A DNA stretch of 64,000 nt from Nanobdellati archaeon. GTDB taxonomy: Archaea > B1Sed10-29 > JAGVWA01. How positions within the stretch are numbered: the first letter of the stretch is position 1; each line of letters begins with the position of its first letter. Positions 8,694 through 17,964 of the stretch are shown here, piece after piece. The DNA lies in assembly GCA_018304505.1 (NCBI GenBank), contig JAGVWA010000002.1, positions 16,567 through 80,566 on the forward strand, read 5' to 3'. The notes under the pieces are model-generated. The model had not been told where the DNA came from. It ran no database searches and saw only the letters and a program-made list of their open reading frames with translations. Made by a program: the position numbers and the translations under genes.

Positions 8694-9529
8694 TGACGAA
8701 GAAAATGTTCATGGCGTTGGGGATGCTGATTTTCATGTTTGCCGCAGTTCCGCTAGCAGTCGCGCAGGAAACCCCCGAGTTAGAAATAGGGACTCCGTAT
8801 GAGGAAATTCCGCAGGAGGAAATTGACGCTGCAATACAGGCTGCGCACGCAGCGGAAATCGCAACCACTAATCTCTTGAGCACCGGCATTTCGATTGACG
8901 AGGACCTTGGGTGTTATGATCGGCCTGACGGCGGCAAGGAATGCCTTAACCCGATAGTGTTTTTTGAAGAGCCAGTGACGTTCACAGACGACGTTTTCTG
9001 CTATTCAAGCAACCCCGAGGCGAGATGCACCAGTGACTGCAATGACATCCTGGACCTTGGCTGCACCACATCGATAAGAACCACGCAGGCTTCTGAAAAA
9101 GAGCTGTGCGTTGACGTGATTTCAAAAACAGGTGACGTTCGGGTTGAAGTTGAGTGCGAAAACATCACCATAAACGTGCAGGAATTCGACACGGGCCTTT
9201 TCCCTGGCGTCATAACGTCTTACGCGAACTGTCAGAAAAGAGTTACCGATGCCGATGCAGATGTGGCTGGCGGCCCGCAGGTGTATGAAGTGCAGTGCCC
9301 ATTCAAGGGCAAAACCTTCCTTGTAAACGGAGGTATAATGCACTACGGGGCCTTCATGATCAAGGACATTCTTTCAGAGACATCGCCGCAACAAATCGAG
9401 GTAAAGACCGTGTTTGCGGGCCTGCTGCTATTGATTTTCGTGTGGGCGCTCATTCCTACTCTGCTACAGAAGAAAAAACCGACTGTGGCTGTGGTACCAA
9501 AACCCCCGAAACCAAGCAAGCGCAGATAA
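8681..9529 (+). CDS. secreted Cys-rich protein with a C-terminal TM anchor and basic tail
   Basis: Sec-type signal MTKKMFMALGMLIFMFAAVPLAVAQE, about 12 Cys in the mature part. C-terminal VFAGLLLLIFVWALIPTLLQKKKP..KPPKPSKRR resembles an archaeal C-terminal membrane-anchor/sorting signal. Confidence 0.6.
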   Translation: MVKMMTKKMFMALGMLIFMFAAVPLAVAQETPELEIGTPYEEIPQEEIDAAIQAAHAAEIATTNLLSTGISIDEDLGCYDRPDGGKECLNPIVFFEEPVTFTDDVFCYSSNPEARCTSDCNDILDLGCTTSIRTTQASEKELCVDVISKTGDVRVEVECENITINVQEFDTGLFPGVITSYANCQKRVTDADADVAGGPQVYEVQCPFKGKTFLVNGGIMHYGAFMIKDILSETSPQQIEVKTVFAGLLLLIFVWALIPTLLQKKKPTVAVVPKPPKPSKRR

Positions 9530-9572
9530 AGCAGGCGTCAATAAAGCAGGTGCGGCAGACAAAACAGCGTCA

Positions 9573-9653
9573 AAGGCGCATGAGCATCTTGCGCCGTCAG
9601 AGGCGTATGAGCATCTTGCGCCGTCAAAGGCGCATGAGCATCTTCTTGTTCAG
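9573..9653. repeat. 3 x 27-bp tandem repeat; each unit contains the hairpin GGCGCA-N9-TGCGCC
   Basis: Units 9573-9599, 9600-9626, 9627-9653. Unit 3 encodes the last 9 codons of the minus-strand gene 9624-9923. Units 1 and 2 are in-frame copies each ending in TGA (reading ..KKMLMRL* RRKMLIRL* RRKMLMRL*). Confidence 0.85.
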
Positions 9654-9923
9654 GTCCAAGAGTTTCTCATTCAATTCTTTAATGGAAACAAGCAACGGCT
9701 TCAAGCCTTCAAGCATTTCCTTGATTGTGTGCACCTCATCGGCCAATTCGTGCGATTCCTTTTCAGACAAGCCGGAAACGCTGCCATGCAGCGCCTCGAT
9801 TTTCTTCTGGTGCTCTTCAAGGTCACTTTTCACAGTGTCCAAGACCCGCGAAACTTCCTCCGGGGACTCTGGCTCTGGCGCCGGTTCAGGCGCTGCGCCC
9901 GTTGTTTCTTCTTCATCCTGCAT
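9624..9923 (-). CDS. small acidic coiled-coil protein (hypothetical)
   Basis: 99 aa. Pro/Glu-rich N-terminus then heptad-like LEEHQKKIEALHG..LKPLLVSIKELNEKLLDLNKKMLMRL. The 3' end is part of the 27-bp tandem repeat. The overlapping plus-strand ORF 9295-9927 is judged antisense noise. Confidence 0.5.
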   Translation of the reverse strand: MQDEEETTGAAPEPAPEPESPEEVSRVLDTVKSDLEEHQKKIEALHGSVSGLSEKESHELADEVHTIKEMLEGLKPLLVSIKELNEKLLDLNKKMLMRL

Positions 9924-9991
9924 TTAATCACTCAACGTACACTGGTATTTAGTAACAAAGGTATATATATTAACATTCGCTTTATTAGCAC

Positions 9992-11533
9992 ATGGCGGAA
10001 CTGGACTTAAAACACGGGCCTTGGACAGCGATCTTCAGCGGCGAATGGAAGGGGCACGAAGTCAGTTTGTACCAAAACCCGGACATGCTGACGATGTTGA
10101 TGTTGGTAGACACATCGCCTGAAGGGCAAGCCAAGGGCGTCCTGATTGTCCTGAATAAGTACTTCACCTTCAAGGGGTCTCCAGAAGAGCTGGCAACTGC
10201 ATTACGGGGGTATTCGCTCGTGTTCGAAAAAAACACGCCGACGTTCAGGGCAAAGTACTTCGCCCTCTCGAGTTCACCGAGGTACGCGAAGCCTGACCAG
10301 GAATCGATACAGGAAACCATAGAAGAGAACTTTGCAGAGTTAAGGCAGAGGAGTGAACAGGCCATCGAATCAAGCACGGCTTATCAGGTTGACTTGACTG
10401 ACATTAGGAACTCCGGGAAGGATTTGCAGGACAAGCTCTTCAGTGAACCAAGCATACTCACGGGTTTAATGGTTACTGCGCCCGGTGTTGGGGCTGTCAC
10501 AGAAACAGAGGGCGGCGAAGCCATTGCAGGTGCCCCAGCGCGAGCCAAAGCAACCAATGAAGCAACAGCCCTGCTGGGAAAAAAACTCACAGGCGAAAAC
10601 GCAACAGAGGTACTGCAGAGCTTCCTCACAACGATTATTTCGGGCAGCGACAAGGAAGTGAAAAAAGCAGCACACGTGGTCCTTGAGAACTGTGTGTTGA
10701 ACAACGTCATCACGATTGTGTATGATGAGGACAATTACTTTGAGAGAATGAAAACGCCGAACCAGAACTTTGACCGGGAGCATTATCCTGAACTGGAACC
10801 GATAGGCATGCCTGTCAAAAACGTCACACTTGAGAAGATAGGCATCAACCTCGACCTCATGGACTCGAAATCATTTAGGGAGATTCTCAGGATAGCTGGT
10901 GATTCAATAACAGGGAATGACACTTATGCGCTGATAGGCGAGGTCTTTTATAAATATCCTCAGGGAATCGACAAGCTGGACGACGTCATTGGTTTGCTGC
11001 TGCAGGAAGAGGATCCGCAGAAGATGTTTCATTCGCGGCGTGCAGCCCGCTTCTTGAAAATCCTTGAGCAGAAACACCCGGGGGTTTTCAGAAAGGGCAC
11101 TGACATGACGCAGTTTGTGTCTGCTTATGCGGCTGCGTTGAGCCAGGCCATCAGGCTGCCATTGCAGAACGTGACGCCGGAAATCAAAAAGGCAGTCATG
11201 TTGTCCATGTCGAGCGCATTCCTGAACTATTACAAGGAACGCAACCCATCAAGTGCGCTCAAGGCGCTACACTTAATGACAAATGCCAACAACGTGATGC
11301 AGGCTGATTCTGAAAAAGTGCTTGATGCAAAGCTCATAGAAGTTTACAAGCAGTCGCAGCAGATCGGCATCGGTTACCTCTTCGGGCTTGACGTTGACGC
11401 CGCGCCCCACGCCGACGTTCAGTCAAACCAAAGTTTAAGCATTTCGTTTGTTACGGAAACCGAAGTCGCCGTGAAGGAAAAAACCGGCAAGCCCTACCGT
11501 GCAGTCCTGAGGCCGCCGCTGTCTGCATATTAA
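9992..11533 (+). CDS. hypothetical soluble protein (513 aa)
   Basis: Long ORF with no TM helices and no motif I recognise. Confidence 0.55.
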   Translation: MAELDLKHGPWTAIFSGEWKGHEVSLYQNPDMLTMLMLVDTSPEGQAKGVLIVLNKYFTFKGSPEELATALRGYSLVFEKNTPTFRAKYFALSSSPRYAKPDQESIQETIEENFAELRQRSEQAIESSTAYQVDLTDIRNSGKDLQDKLFSEPSILTGLMVTAPGVGAVTETEGGEAIAGAPARAKATNEATALLGKKLTGENATEVLQSFLTTIISGSDKEVKKAAHVVLENCVLNNVITIVYDEDNYFERMKTPNQNFDREHYPELEPIGMPVKNVTLEKIGINLDLMDSKSFREILRIAGDSITGNDTYALIGEVFYKYPQGIDKLDDVIGLLLQEEDPQKMFHSRRAARFLKILEQKHPGVFRKGTDMTQFVSAYAAALSQAIRLPLQNVTPEIKKAVMLSMSSAFLNYYKERNPSSALKALHLMTNANNVMQADSEKVLDAKLIEVYKQSQQIGIGYLFGLDVDAAPHADVQSNQSLSISFVTETEVAVKEKTGKPYRAVLRPPLSAY

Positions 11534-11557
11534 CTACGGGTTACGGGTCGTGGAAAA

Positions 11558-11695
11558 ATGGAAAAAATCAAGATGCTTGGAGCAATGATGAGACTGGCTC
11601 GTTTTAAAGGCGCAGCAAAAAAGAAAACAACTGATGCAGAATACGAGCTGATTAGAGCAAAGGCGTTTAAGACATTGGAAAAAAGATTCGAGTAA
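11558..11695 (+). CDS. possible small basic protein (45 aa)
   Basis: ATG 25 nt after the previous stop. MEKIKMLGAMMRLARFKGAAKKKTTDAEYELIRAKAFKTLEKRFE. Below the ORF-track cutoff; coding status uncertain. Confidence 0.25.
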   Translation: MEKIKMLGAMMRLARFKGAAKKKTTDAEYELIRAKAFKTLEKRFE

Positions 11696-11952
11696 TAGCT
11701 CAGAGCAGATCTTCAGGTTTGTAATGCGGTGAAATGTCTTCTAGTTTTTTAAAGTCCACATCGGTCTTCGTATAAATCCATCCAAATCGAGGTGTCAAGG
11801 TAGTATCTTTCCATCAAGGGGGATTAGTGATTTGGCATGTTTATATAACTTAGTCATGCCGCCGCTGTCTGCGTACTGAGGCCTCGTGAGGGAAGGCTTT
11901 TTATATAAAATGCGCCACAATTTTGTAAAAGTAATGGTGTGGAGGGATGTAA

Positions 11953-12324
11953 ATGTGGGGACAGCAAATAGTTGACGCAGCAACAGCCAACAGGCGAAGC
12001 ATTAAATGGTGGGGGCCGCGCGAATCATTTCCGTTCAGGGACGGCGAACCAAAATACCCCGAAGGCCGAATGGTTGGCTCAGTCGGCATCCCGCGCGAAG
12101 AACCCGGGCTGTACGTGAACGTTGTAAATGGTGATGCTGGAATATTTTACATGTATTTAACAGATGATGAAAACGGAAGACATGCAAGCCAGATGGCGAC
12201 AACCGCAGACCGTGCGTTCAGGCAGGACTTGCTGCGCCAAGGCCAGGACAGCAAAAGCACAAGGGAATTTTTGAGGGAAATGCAATCGCACTTTGAGCGG
12301 CAGTCCCCGGAAGAAGATCAGTAG
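11953..12324 (+). CDS. hypothetical protein (123 aa)
   Basis: ORF preceded by about 250 bp of noncoding sequence. No recognisable motif. Confidence 0.4.
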   Translation: MWGQQIVDAATANRRSIKWWGPRESFPFRDGEPKYPEGRMVGSVGIPREEPGLYVNVVNGDAGIFYMYLTDDENGRHASQMATTADRAFRQDLLRQGQDSKSTREFLREMQSHFERQSPEEDQ

Positions 12325-12803
12325 TCCTCTTCGTACTCGTCACGCGGGCGCCTTCTTCTGCGCACGGGTGCAGCGCGTTTTCTTTCCTCTAATTCAAGAG
12401 CTCGGTCGATCTTTTCGTCAATCAAGTCGTTGACCTGGTCTACAGTGACGTAGGCCACGGGGTTCATCTGGTTAACAATGTACTTTGTCTCATCAACAAC
12501 CCCGCGCAGCTTTGACAGCTCCTTCTGATTCTGATCGACAAGCCTCTGCAGTTCAGCCGCGTTTCCAGCACCCGCCGCACTGGCTGTCGCGGCCACTTGT
12601 TTCGTTGTAGCTGCCTCAGCTATCGCTTTTTCAAGGTCTTTGAGCATCTTATTATGGCTCACGAGGGTTTTGCCGATGATCTGCTCGTTCTTCTCGATGA
12701 TCTTCATTCGCTGTGCAATGACCTGAATTTTAGAATTAAGGGAACTCACTTCTCCTAATAAGGCTCCAACAGATGCGGGTTGCGCCATGTAATCATCGTG
12801 CAA
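12318..12803 (-). CDS. coiled-coil protein with an Arg-rich acidic C-terminus (hypothetical)
   Basis: 161 aa. Long heptad region and a C-terminal PVRRRRRPRDEYEEDY. Divergent from PolB. Confidence 0.5.
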   Translation of the reverse strand: MHDDYMAQPASVGALLGEVSSLNSKIQVIAQRMKIIEKNEQIIGKTLVSHNKMLKDLEKAIAEAATTKQVAATASAAGAGNAAELQRLVDQNQKELSKLRGVVDETKYIVNQMNPVAYVTVDQVNDLIDEKIDRALELEERKRAAPVRRRRRPRDEYEEDY

Positions 12804-12854
12804 AGTTTTAAATCAATCACGAGCCTTCTACATATAAACCTTACTTCATAGTGA

Positions 12855-15197
12855 GTGGTGATTGGAATCAAGGCTTACATTTTGGATCTCAAGTCAGAAG
12901 GGGAAGACAAGATAAAGATGACGCTGCGTGACAAGTCTTTTCAGGAAGCCCATGACACCTTGCAGCCGTACTTTTACCTAGAGCCTGAAAAAAAGGGCCA
13001 CAAGACGGACATAGAAAAGATCCCGGGCGTCATTAAAGTTGAGGATTACGAGGATTCGCTAGGCCAGAAGCTGCTGAAAATCACCGTGGATCATCCTGGC
13101 CGCATCCCGGAAATCAGGACCAAGATGCACGCTTACGGCGTCAACAGGGAGCATGACATACCGTATCACTTTAGGTATCTAATCGATAAGGCCCTGCATG
13201 CGAACACGTATTACGATTTCGAATTGGACAACGGAATGGTCAAGGGTGCCAAAAAAACATCACTTGGCTCGCCGAAGTTGAACATGTGCGCCTTCGACAT
13301 TGAGACCCATTCGGAAAAAGGTGTATTCCCCGACCCGAAACGTGACCCCGTGTTGATGATCGCATACAAGGACGACAAAGAAGAAAAGGTGTTCTATTGG
13401 CAGGAAGGTAAAGGAACCGAGAAAGAAATGATACTGGCCTTCATAGACAAGGTGAAGACGGAGGAAATCGACGTCCTGGTAGGCTATAACTCTGCGGGCT
13501 TCGATTTGCCATACTTGAAGGAGCGGGCCAAGAAGCTCGGTGTTGACTTCGATTTGTCAAGGGATGGGTCTGATCTGCACATAACAAAAGGCGCCTTCCC
13601 CAGGGCAACAATGTACGGCAGGATGCACATCGATGCGTACAACGGCGTCGAGTTTCTCAGTTATATCGGCGCGCTGAGGCTGCCAAAAAACGACCTTGAA
13701 TCAGTGTACAAAGCGTTCCTCGGAAAGGACAAAATCGACATACACTACGATGACATCACAACGTTCTGGAAAGCGGGCGGCGAGAAACTTAAGAAGCTAA
13801 TTCAGTACAACAAGGAAGACGCGCGCGCGGCATACGAAATCGCCGAACGTTTACTGCCGTTGTATAACGAACTCAGCCGTCTTATCGGGCTGCCGATTTC
13901 TGACGTGTCCAGGATGAGCCCGAGCCAGATGGTGGAATGGTACTTGACGAGGAAGGCCTTCGAGCGCAACGAAGTCATACCAAGGAAGCCGAGCAGCGAG
14001 GAAATCAAAAAACGTCAGCAGAGGCCAATAGAAGGCGGTTTCGTGAAACTGCCAAAACGGGGGATACATGAGCACATTGCCGTGTGCGATTTCCGGTCAT
14101 TGTACCCGAGCATCATCATTTCCCACAACCTCGATGGCCACGCGCTCAACTGCAATGACTGCACGGAAAAGGAAAAGCACCACAGCCCAGCAGGCTACTC
14201 ATTCTGCAGCAAAAAACAGGGCCTGATTCCACAGATCCTCGAAGAGCTCATCAACGCGCGCATTGGGGCAAAGAAAGAAATGAAAAAACACAAGCAAGGA
14301 ACGCATGACTACGATGTATTGCAGGCAAAACAGTGGGGACTCAAAATTTTGGCAAACTCAGTCTACGGCTACTTAAATTTTGCAATGGCGCGGTGGCACT
14401 CGCGTGAGGCGGCAGAGGCCACAACAAGCCTCGCCAGGTTCTACATCAAGGACACAATCGAAAAGGCTGAGAAGGCAGGCTTCGAAGTGCTTTATGCAGA
14501 CACTGATTCGGCGTTCTTGCTATTGAAAAACAAAAGCGAAGTCAAAAGGGCAAAGGAGTTCATTGAAAAAATCAACAAGTCGCTCCCTGGATTGATGGAA
14601 CTGGAATTCGAGGGATATTACCCAAGGGGCTTGTTTGTCACAAAGAAAGAAGGCGGTGCGGCAAAAAAACGATATGCTCTAATTAAGGAAGACGGCACCG
14701 TGGAGATAAAGGGCTTTGAATTCGTTAGAAGAGACTGGAGCAACATTGCCAAGATAACACAAGAAAAGGTCATTAATGCAGTGCTGAAGGAAGGCAAGCC
14801 GGAAAAGGGCATCAAGATAGTCAAGGACGTCATCAAGGATCTGCGGGCCGGCAAGGTTTCTCTTGAGGATCTTGTAATATACACGCAGATAACCCGCCCG
14901 CTGTCGAGCTACGAGGCCATCGGCCCCCACGTCAGGGCAGCCCAGCGGCTTATCGAAAAAGGCGAAAAGATCAGGCCTGGCAGCGTTGTGGAATACATTG
15001 TGACAGAAGGGCCGGGCAACATTGGCGAGAAGTCCTGGCCCAAACAGCTGCTGGGAAACCGCAAGCCGGACATGGAGTACTACATCAAGAACCAGATCAT
15101 CCCAAGCGTCATCAAAATACTGGCAGAGCTCGGCGTGACAGAAGATGAGTTAAGCAAGGATGAGAGGCAAAAATCGATAGCCCAGTGGTTCTCGTAA
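12855..15197 (+). CDS. polB: family B DNA polymerase (archaeal PolB)
   Basis: Exo I FDIETH, Exo II YNSAGFDLPYL, motif B KILANSVYGY, motif C YADTDS, N-terminal ILDxxxExxDK like archaeal PolB. 780 aa. GTG start (or the GTG 3 nt downstream). Confidence 0.92.
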   Translation: MVIGIKAYILDLKSEGEDKIKMTLRDKSFQEAHDTLQPYFYLEPEKKGHKTDIEKIPGVIKVEDYEDSLGQKLLKITVDHPGRIPEIRTKMHAYGVNREHDIPYHFRYLIDKALHANTYYDFELDNGMVKGAKKTSLGSPKLNMCAFDIETHSEKGVFPDPKRDPVLMIAYKDDKEEKVFYWQEGKGTEKEMILAFIDKVKTEEIDVLVGYNSAGFDLPYLKERAKKLGVDFDLSRDGSDLHITKGAFPRATMYGRMHIDAYNGVEFLSYIGALRLPKNDLESVYKAFLGKDKIDIHYDDITTFWKAGGEKLKKLIQYNKEDARAAYEIAERLLPLYNELSRLIGLPISDVSRMSPSQMVEWYLTRKAFERNEVIPRKPSSEEIKKRQQRPIEGGFVKLPKRGIHEHIAVCDFRSLYPSIIISHNLDGHALNCNDCTEKEKHHSPAGYSFCSKKQGLIPQILEELINARIGAKKEMKKHKQGTHDYDVLQAKQWGLKILANSVYGYLNFAMARWHSREAAEATTSLARFYIKDTIEKAEKAGFEVLYADTDSAFLLLKNKSEVKRAKEFIEKINKSLPGLMELEFEGYYPRGLFVTKKEGGAAKKRYALIKEDGTVEIKGFEFVRRDWSNIAKITQEKVINAVLKEGKPEKGIKIVKDVIKDLRAGKVSLEDLVIYTQITRPLSSYEAIGPHVRAAQRLIEKGEKIRPGSVVEYIVTEGPGNIGEKSWPKQLLGNRKPDMEYYIKNQIIPSVIKILAELGVTEDELSKDERQKSIAQWFS

Positions 15198-15272
15198 TCA
15201 GGGCCACTACGCTGCCCGCCGGAAGGTATTTATTTGTAATAGGATTAGTCTTCTATCGTATCATAAAATTCC

Positions 15273-15530
15273 ATGATCATTCACTTAGAGCTTTATACGT
15301 ATACTTCTTCTGATTTGCCTAAAAAGATAGCTATACGGGGCGATGGCAACTTCAATGTCCACGTGCAGTCCGTGGACGACTCATGGAGTGGTGCCATTAG
15401 CTTTAAGCCACGCAACAACAATGAGGTAATAAAAGTGGTTCCGCTTGGGCACCAACGTTATGACATTTACTGCGTGAACCCGTTTTATAGCGGGAGCTGT
15501 GATGTTAAGCAGGTGCGCTTTATTCGATAG
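15273..15530 (+). CDS. truncated member of the secreted 'KGxG..C-x(4-7)-C..EL[ED]I' paralog family (possible gene remnant)
   Basis: 85 aa with no signal peptide. Retains the family C-terminal module IAIRGDGNFNVHVQSVDD...CVNPFYSGSCDVKQVRFIR, closest to 17965/18810. Confidence 0.35.
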   Translation: MIIHLELYTYTSSDLPKKIAIRGDGNFNVHVQSVDDSWSGAISFKPRNNNEVIKVVPLGHQRYDIYCVNPFYSGSCDVKQVRFIR

Positions 15531-15572
15531 CGAATGAAAAGAAAAACGAGACCGTCATTGGCTGTGGCGTTT

Positions 15573-16016
15573 TTAGTAGTCAATGACGTCGAGTTCTCGT
15601 AGTTTGCACTGGAAGTACTTGCTCGTGCACTTTATGAAGAAACCAGTGATTTTCTTGTCGTCTTTAATCTTTGGTGTAACATAGACGCCGGATTTCCTCA
15701 TCTCTACTGGCGTGGTTTCGCCGCTCGTGGTTCCGTCTTCGAAGCGTGTTATTGCCACAAACCACCCGCTGCCGCGGAGTTTGAGCTGGCGCACCCTGTG
15801 CCTTGGCTCGTCGAGTTTTATTTCTAGAATTTGTTTTCTTTTGGTTTGTATCTTTGAGTATGTGCTGATTTTGCCGTCTGAGATTGAAGGCGAGTACACG
15901 CTGTCGCCGGCAGTGGCTGTGTAGCCTACATCAACTGCTAAGGCTGCGGGCACCATTAGTGTAACGGCCAGCAAAAATGCTAGTGCCCTAGTTGAGTTTA
16001 AGTTGAAATTTGTCAT
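15573..16016 (-). CDS. secreted protein, paralog family member (subtype A)
   Basis: Sec signal ..ALAVDVG. C-terminal module LKLRGSGWFVAITRFEDGTTSGETTPVEM..GFFIKCTSKYFQCKLRELDVIDY*. About 55% identical over the C-terminal 90 aa to 22469-22975. Confidence 0.7.
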   Translation of the reverse strand: MTNFNLNSTRALAFLLAVTLMVPAALAVDVGYTATAGDSVYSPSISDGKISTYSKIQTKRKQILEIKLDEPRHRVRQLKLRGSGWFVAITRFEDGTTSGETTPVEMRKSGVYVTPKIKDDKKITGFFIKCTSKYFQCKLRELDVIDY

Positions 16017-16185
16017 CGAATCATCTTAAATATTTATTGCAATTCCGGTATATAAACCTATCGGTTTGGTTATGGTTGTGGGAGAAAAATGCTGTGCTGT
16101 GGGAAATTGGGTATGGAAAAAAGTGCCGTGGGGTGTTAAATGCTGTTGGTGGTCTTTGTTATTAGTGGTGTTGATTATCGTGTTG

Positions 16186-16803
16186 CTATGGGTATATCTC
16201 GAGCTCATATATAAAGCAGGGAAAGTACTTATTAGTGCACTTTATTTCAAATCCATAGTACTGGTATGGCGATAACCCGCTGCTTCCTGTCGCGTCGCGA
16301 ATTGGTGGCACAATGTCTACCCCCCTCTTCTGGTTGGCCTTTACGGGTGTACTTTCGTAGCTTGTGGTAGAAATGCCTGCTCCCTTCGGTCTTTTAGCTG
16401 GATCACTTTTTTCATATTTTGATATGATAACAAACCAGCCGCTGCCTTTTATCCTGACCTTGCTTACTGTCCTGACGGGATTAGTGGCGGGATTACTGAA
16501 GGCGATTGAGAGTGACGAACGTCTCTTCACCGAGAGCAGATACTTGGTGTTCATGTTTCCATCACTGACTGTACTCCGTTTGGCATCTCCCAGACCCCTA
16601 AAAACGTAACTTATGGAGCCAGCGGCAAAGCCCGGTGTGATGGGCTCTTCTTGGGCAAAAATCTGATTGTAAACACTGTCTATGGTTTCATCGGCGAAGC
16701 CTGTGGCAAATGCAGCGACAACGATGATGGCGAGGGCTGCTGTTATGAGTAGGGGTTTGTTTTGAAGGTATTTGGTTATTGTTGCACCCTTTTGTTTTCT
16801 CAT
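16186..16803 (-). CDS. secreted/membrane-anchored protein, paralog family member (subtype B)
   Basis: Signal anchor ..AAFATGFADE. Module VRIKGSGWFVIISKYEK...GFEIKCTNKYFPCFIYELEIYP*. Pairs with 21744-22400 (same GFADE signal end and EIYP* terminus). Confidence 0.7.
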   Translation of the reverse strand: MRKQKGATITKYLQNKPLLITAALAIIVVAAFATGFADETIDSVYNQIFAQEEPITPGFAAGSISYVFRGLGDAKRSTVSDGNMNTKYLLSVKRRSSLSIAFSNPATNPVRTVSKVRIKGSGWFVIISKYEKSDPAKRPKGAGISTTSYESTPVKANQKRGVDIVPPIRDATGSSGLSPYQYYGFEIKCTNKYFPCFIYELEIYP

Positions 16804-16883
16804 ACAAAAAGATAAGTCACTGTGGTATTTATACGTTGCCGTTGTGGCCCTGCAACATGGGGCCGAACAAGTAACTATTAATA

Positions 16884-17804
16884 ATGGTCGCGAGTATGTT
16901 TATAAAGAGGATGTGCATGGAAGACGCAGAGAAGAAACTCGTCTTTAATCATAGCGAGACAAGGGGCCAGGGCTCAATGGAGTACCTGTTCATCATCGCA
17001 GGCGTTTTAGCAGTAGCTGCAATCGCTGTCTTGTTTTTGACAAGCGCGGGATCAGGGGCTGCACAGCAGCAACTAATCACGAATTGCGTCACTTCGGCCA
17101 CAACATGCCAGGCTGCACAGCTCGCGAGTCCGGGAACAACGTGCCTTTCATCATGCGCAAGGTCATGCAGTGACCCCAGAACGGGGATTGATCTGATGTC
17201 CAAGGATTCGGTTTTTGACATCCAAAGAAACAGGCCTGTTGCGTGCCCCCCGGGTTCGGCGTGCAGCCTTTGCGGGCTTGGAAAATCGGATTTAGTTGTA
17301 ACAGCACTAGCAGGGAACAAGCAGGTCGCGGTGCTGTCACCCCTGGTGCCGGAAAGCATCGGCCAAAACCAGCGTACTGCGGTCTCGTGCAACACTAGAA
17401 TAAGGCAGGTCATGTATCCCCTGCAAGGCGACAGGTATTTGCTTTACTACACCGTGGAAATACAAGGAAGAACACCCTTGGTTGATTTTTATGTCATTGA
17501 AAACAAGCCCGCGTCGTTCAATGGCCAATGTGTAGGAATAAACCCGACACAGGCCTACGGCAGCGTCCTGAATTTTATGAGCAACTATGAACAGCAAGAG
17601 GCCTGCGTAACAGAATTAGCCGGGCAAAACCCCCAAAATCCCTTTGCCCCGATACTGGTTTCAACAGCGCAGGCAAACAACCCCGCGGGCGCTATGGTAA
17701 ATCTTGATGAAGCAAACCTCGAATTCACGGTGCTGTACTTCACCCCGGGTTTTGAGCAGGACCTGTCAGATTCAACGCTCGGGTTAGTCATTGGCGGCCG
17801 CTGA
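16884..17804 (+). CDS. type IV pilin-like protein with an archaeal class III signal peptide, Cys-rich
   Basis: ..HSETRG|QGSMEYLFIIAGVLAVAAIAVLFL matches the archaeal prepilin (DUF361-like) motif (Q+1, S+3, E+5, hydrophobic stretch). Shares CxxxxRxCSDPRxGxD and near-identical N-terminal DNA with the pilins at 55369 and 55992. The leader is longer if 16884 is the true start; alternative ATGs at 16911/16917. Confidence 0.75.
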   Translation: MVASMFIKRMCMEDAEKKLVFNHSETRGQGSMEYLFIIAGVLAVAAIAVLFLTSAGSGAAQQQLITNCVTSATTCQAAQLASPGTTCLSSCARSCSDPRTGIDLMSKDSVFDIQRNRPVACPPGSACSLCGLGKSDLVVTALAGNKQVAVLSPLVPESIGQNQRTAVSCNTRIRQVMYPLQGDRYLLYYTVEIQGRTPLVDFYVIENKPASFNGQCVGINPTQAYGSVLNFMSNYEQQEACVTELAGQNPQNPFAPILVSTAQANNPAGAMVNLDEANLEFTVLYFTPGFEQDLSDSTLGLVIGGR

Positions 17805-17964
17805 CACCACTGCCACGGGGCCGTTGTCAGCTGCCATAGTGACGCTGTCAGCTGCTATGGCATGATATTGTAGGCCCGCGGAAAGGTTTTAGAAAGGTTT
17901 ATATATGTATGCTGGTTTGTTATAAAAATAAGGTTCCAAAGGCCAAATAAGCAGAGGTGAAAAA

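Noticed and set aside
9573-9653. Possible UGA recoding, so that the RRKMLMRL repeats would be translated.
   Set aside because: TGA clearly terminates the conserved thrS. The other conserved genes in the window end in TAA or TAG. So TGA is a stop in this genome, and the repeat is better explained as a duplicated 3' end or terminator hairpins.
9295-9927. 210-aa plus-strand ORF containing QRQRRMSILRR repeats.
   Set aside because: It overlaps the end of the 8681-9529 gene and is the antisense reading of the coiled-coil gene 9624-9923 plus the 27-bp repeat. There are no independent coding features.
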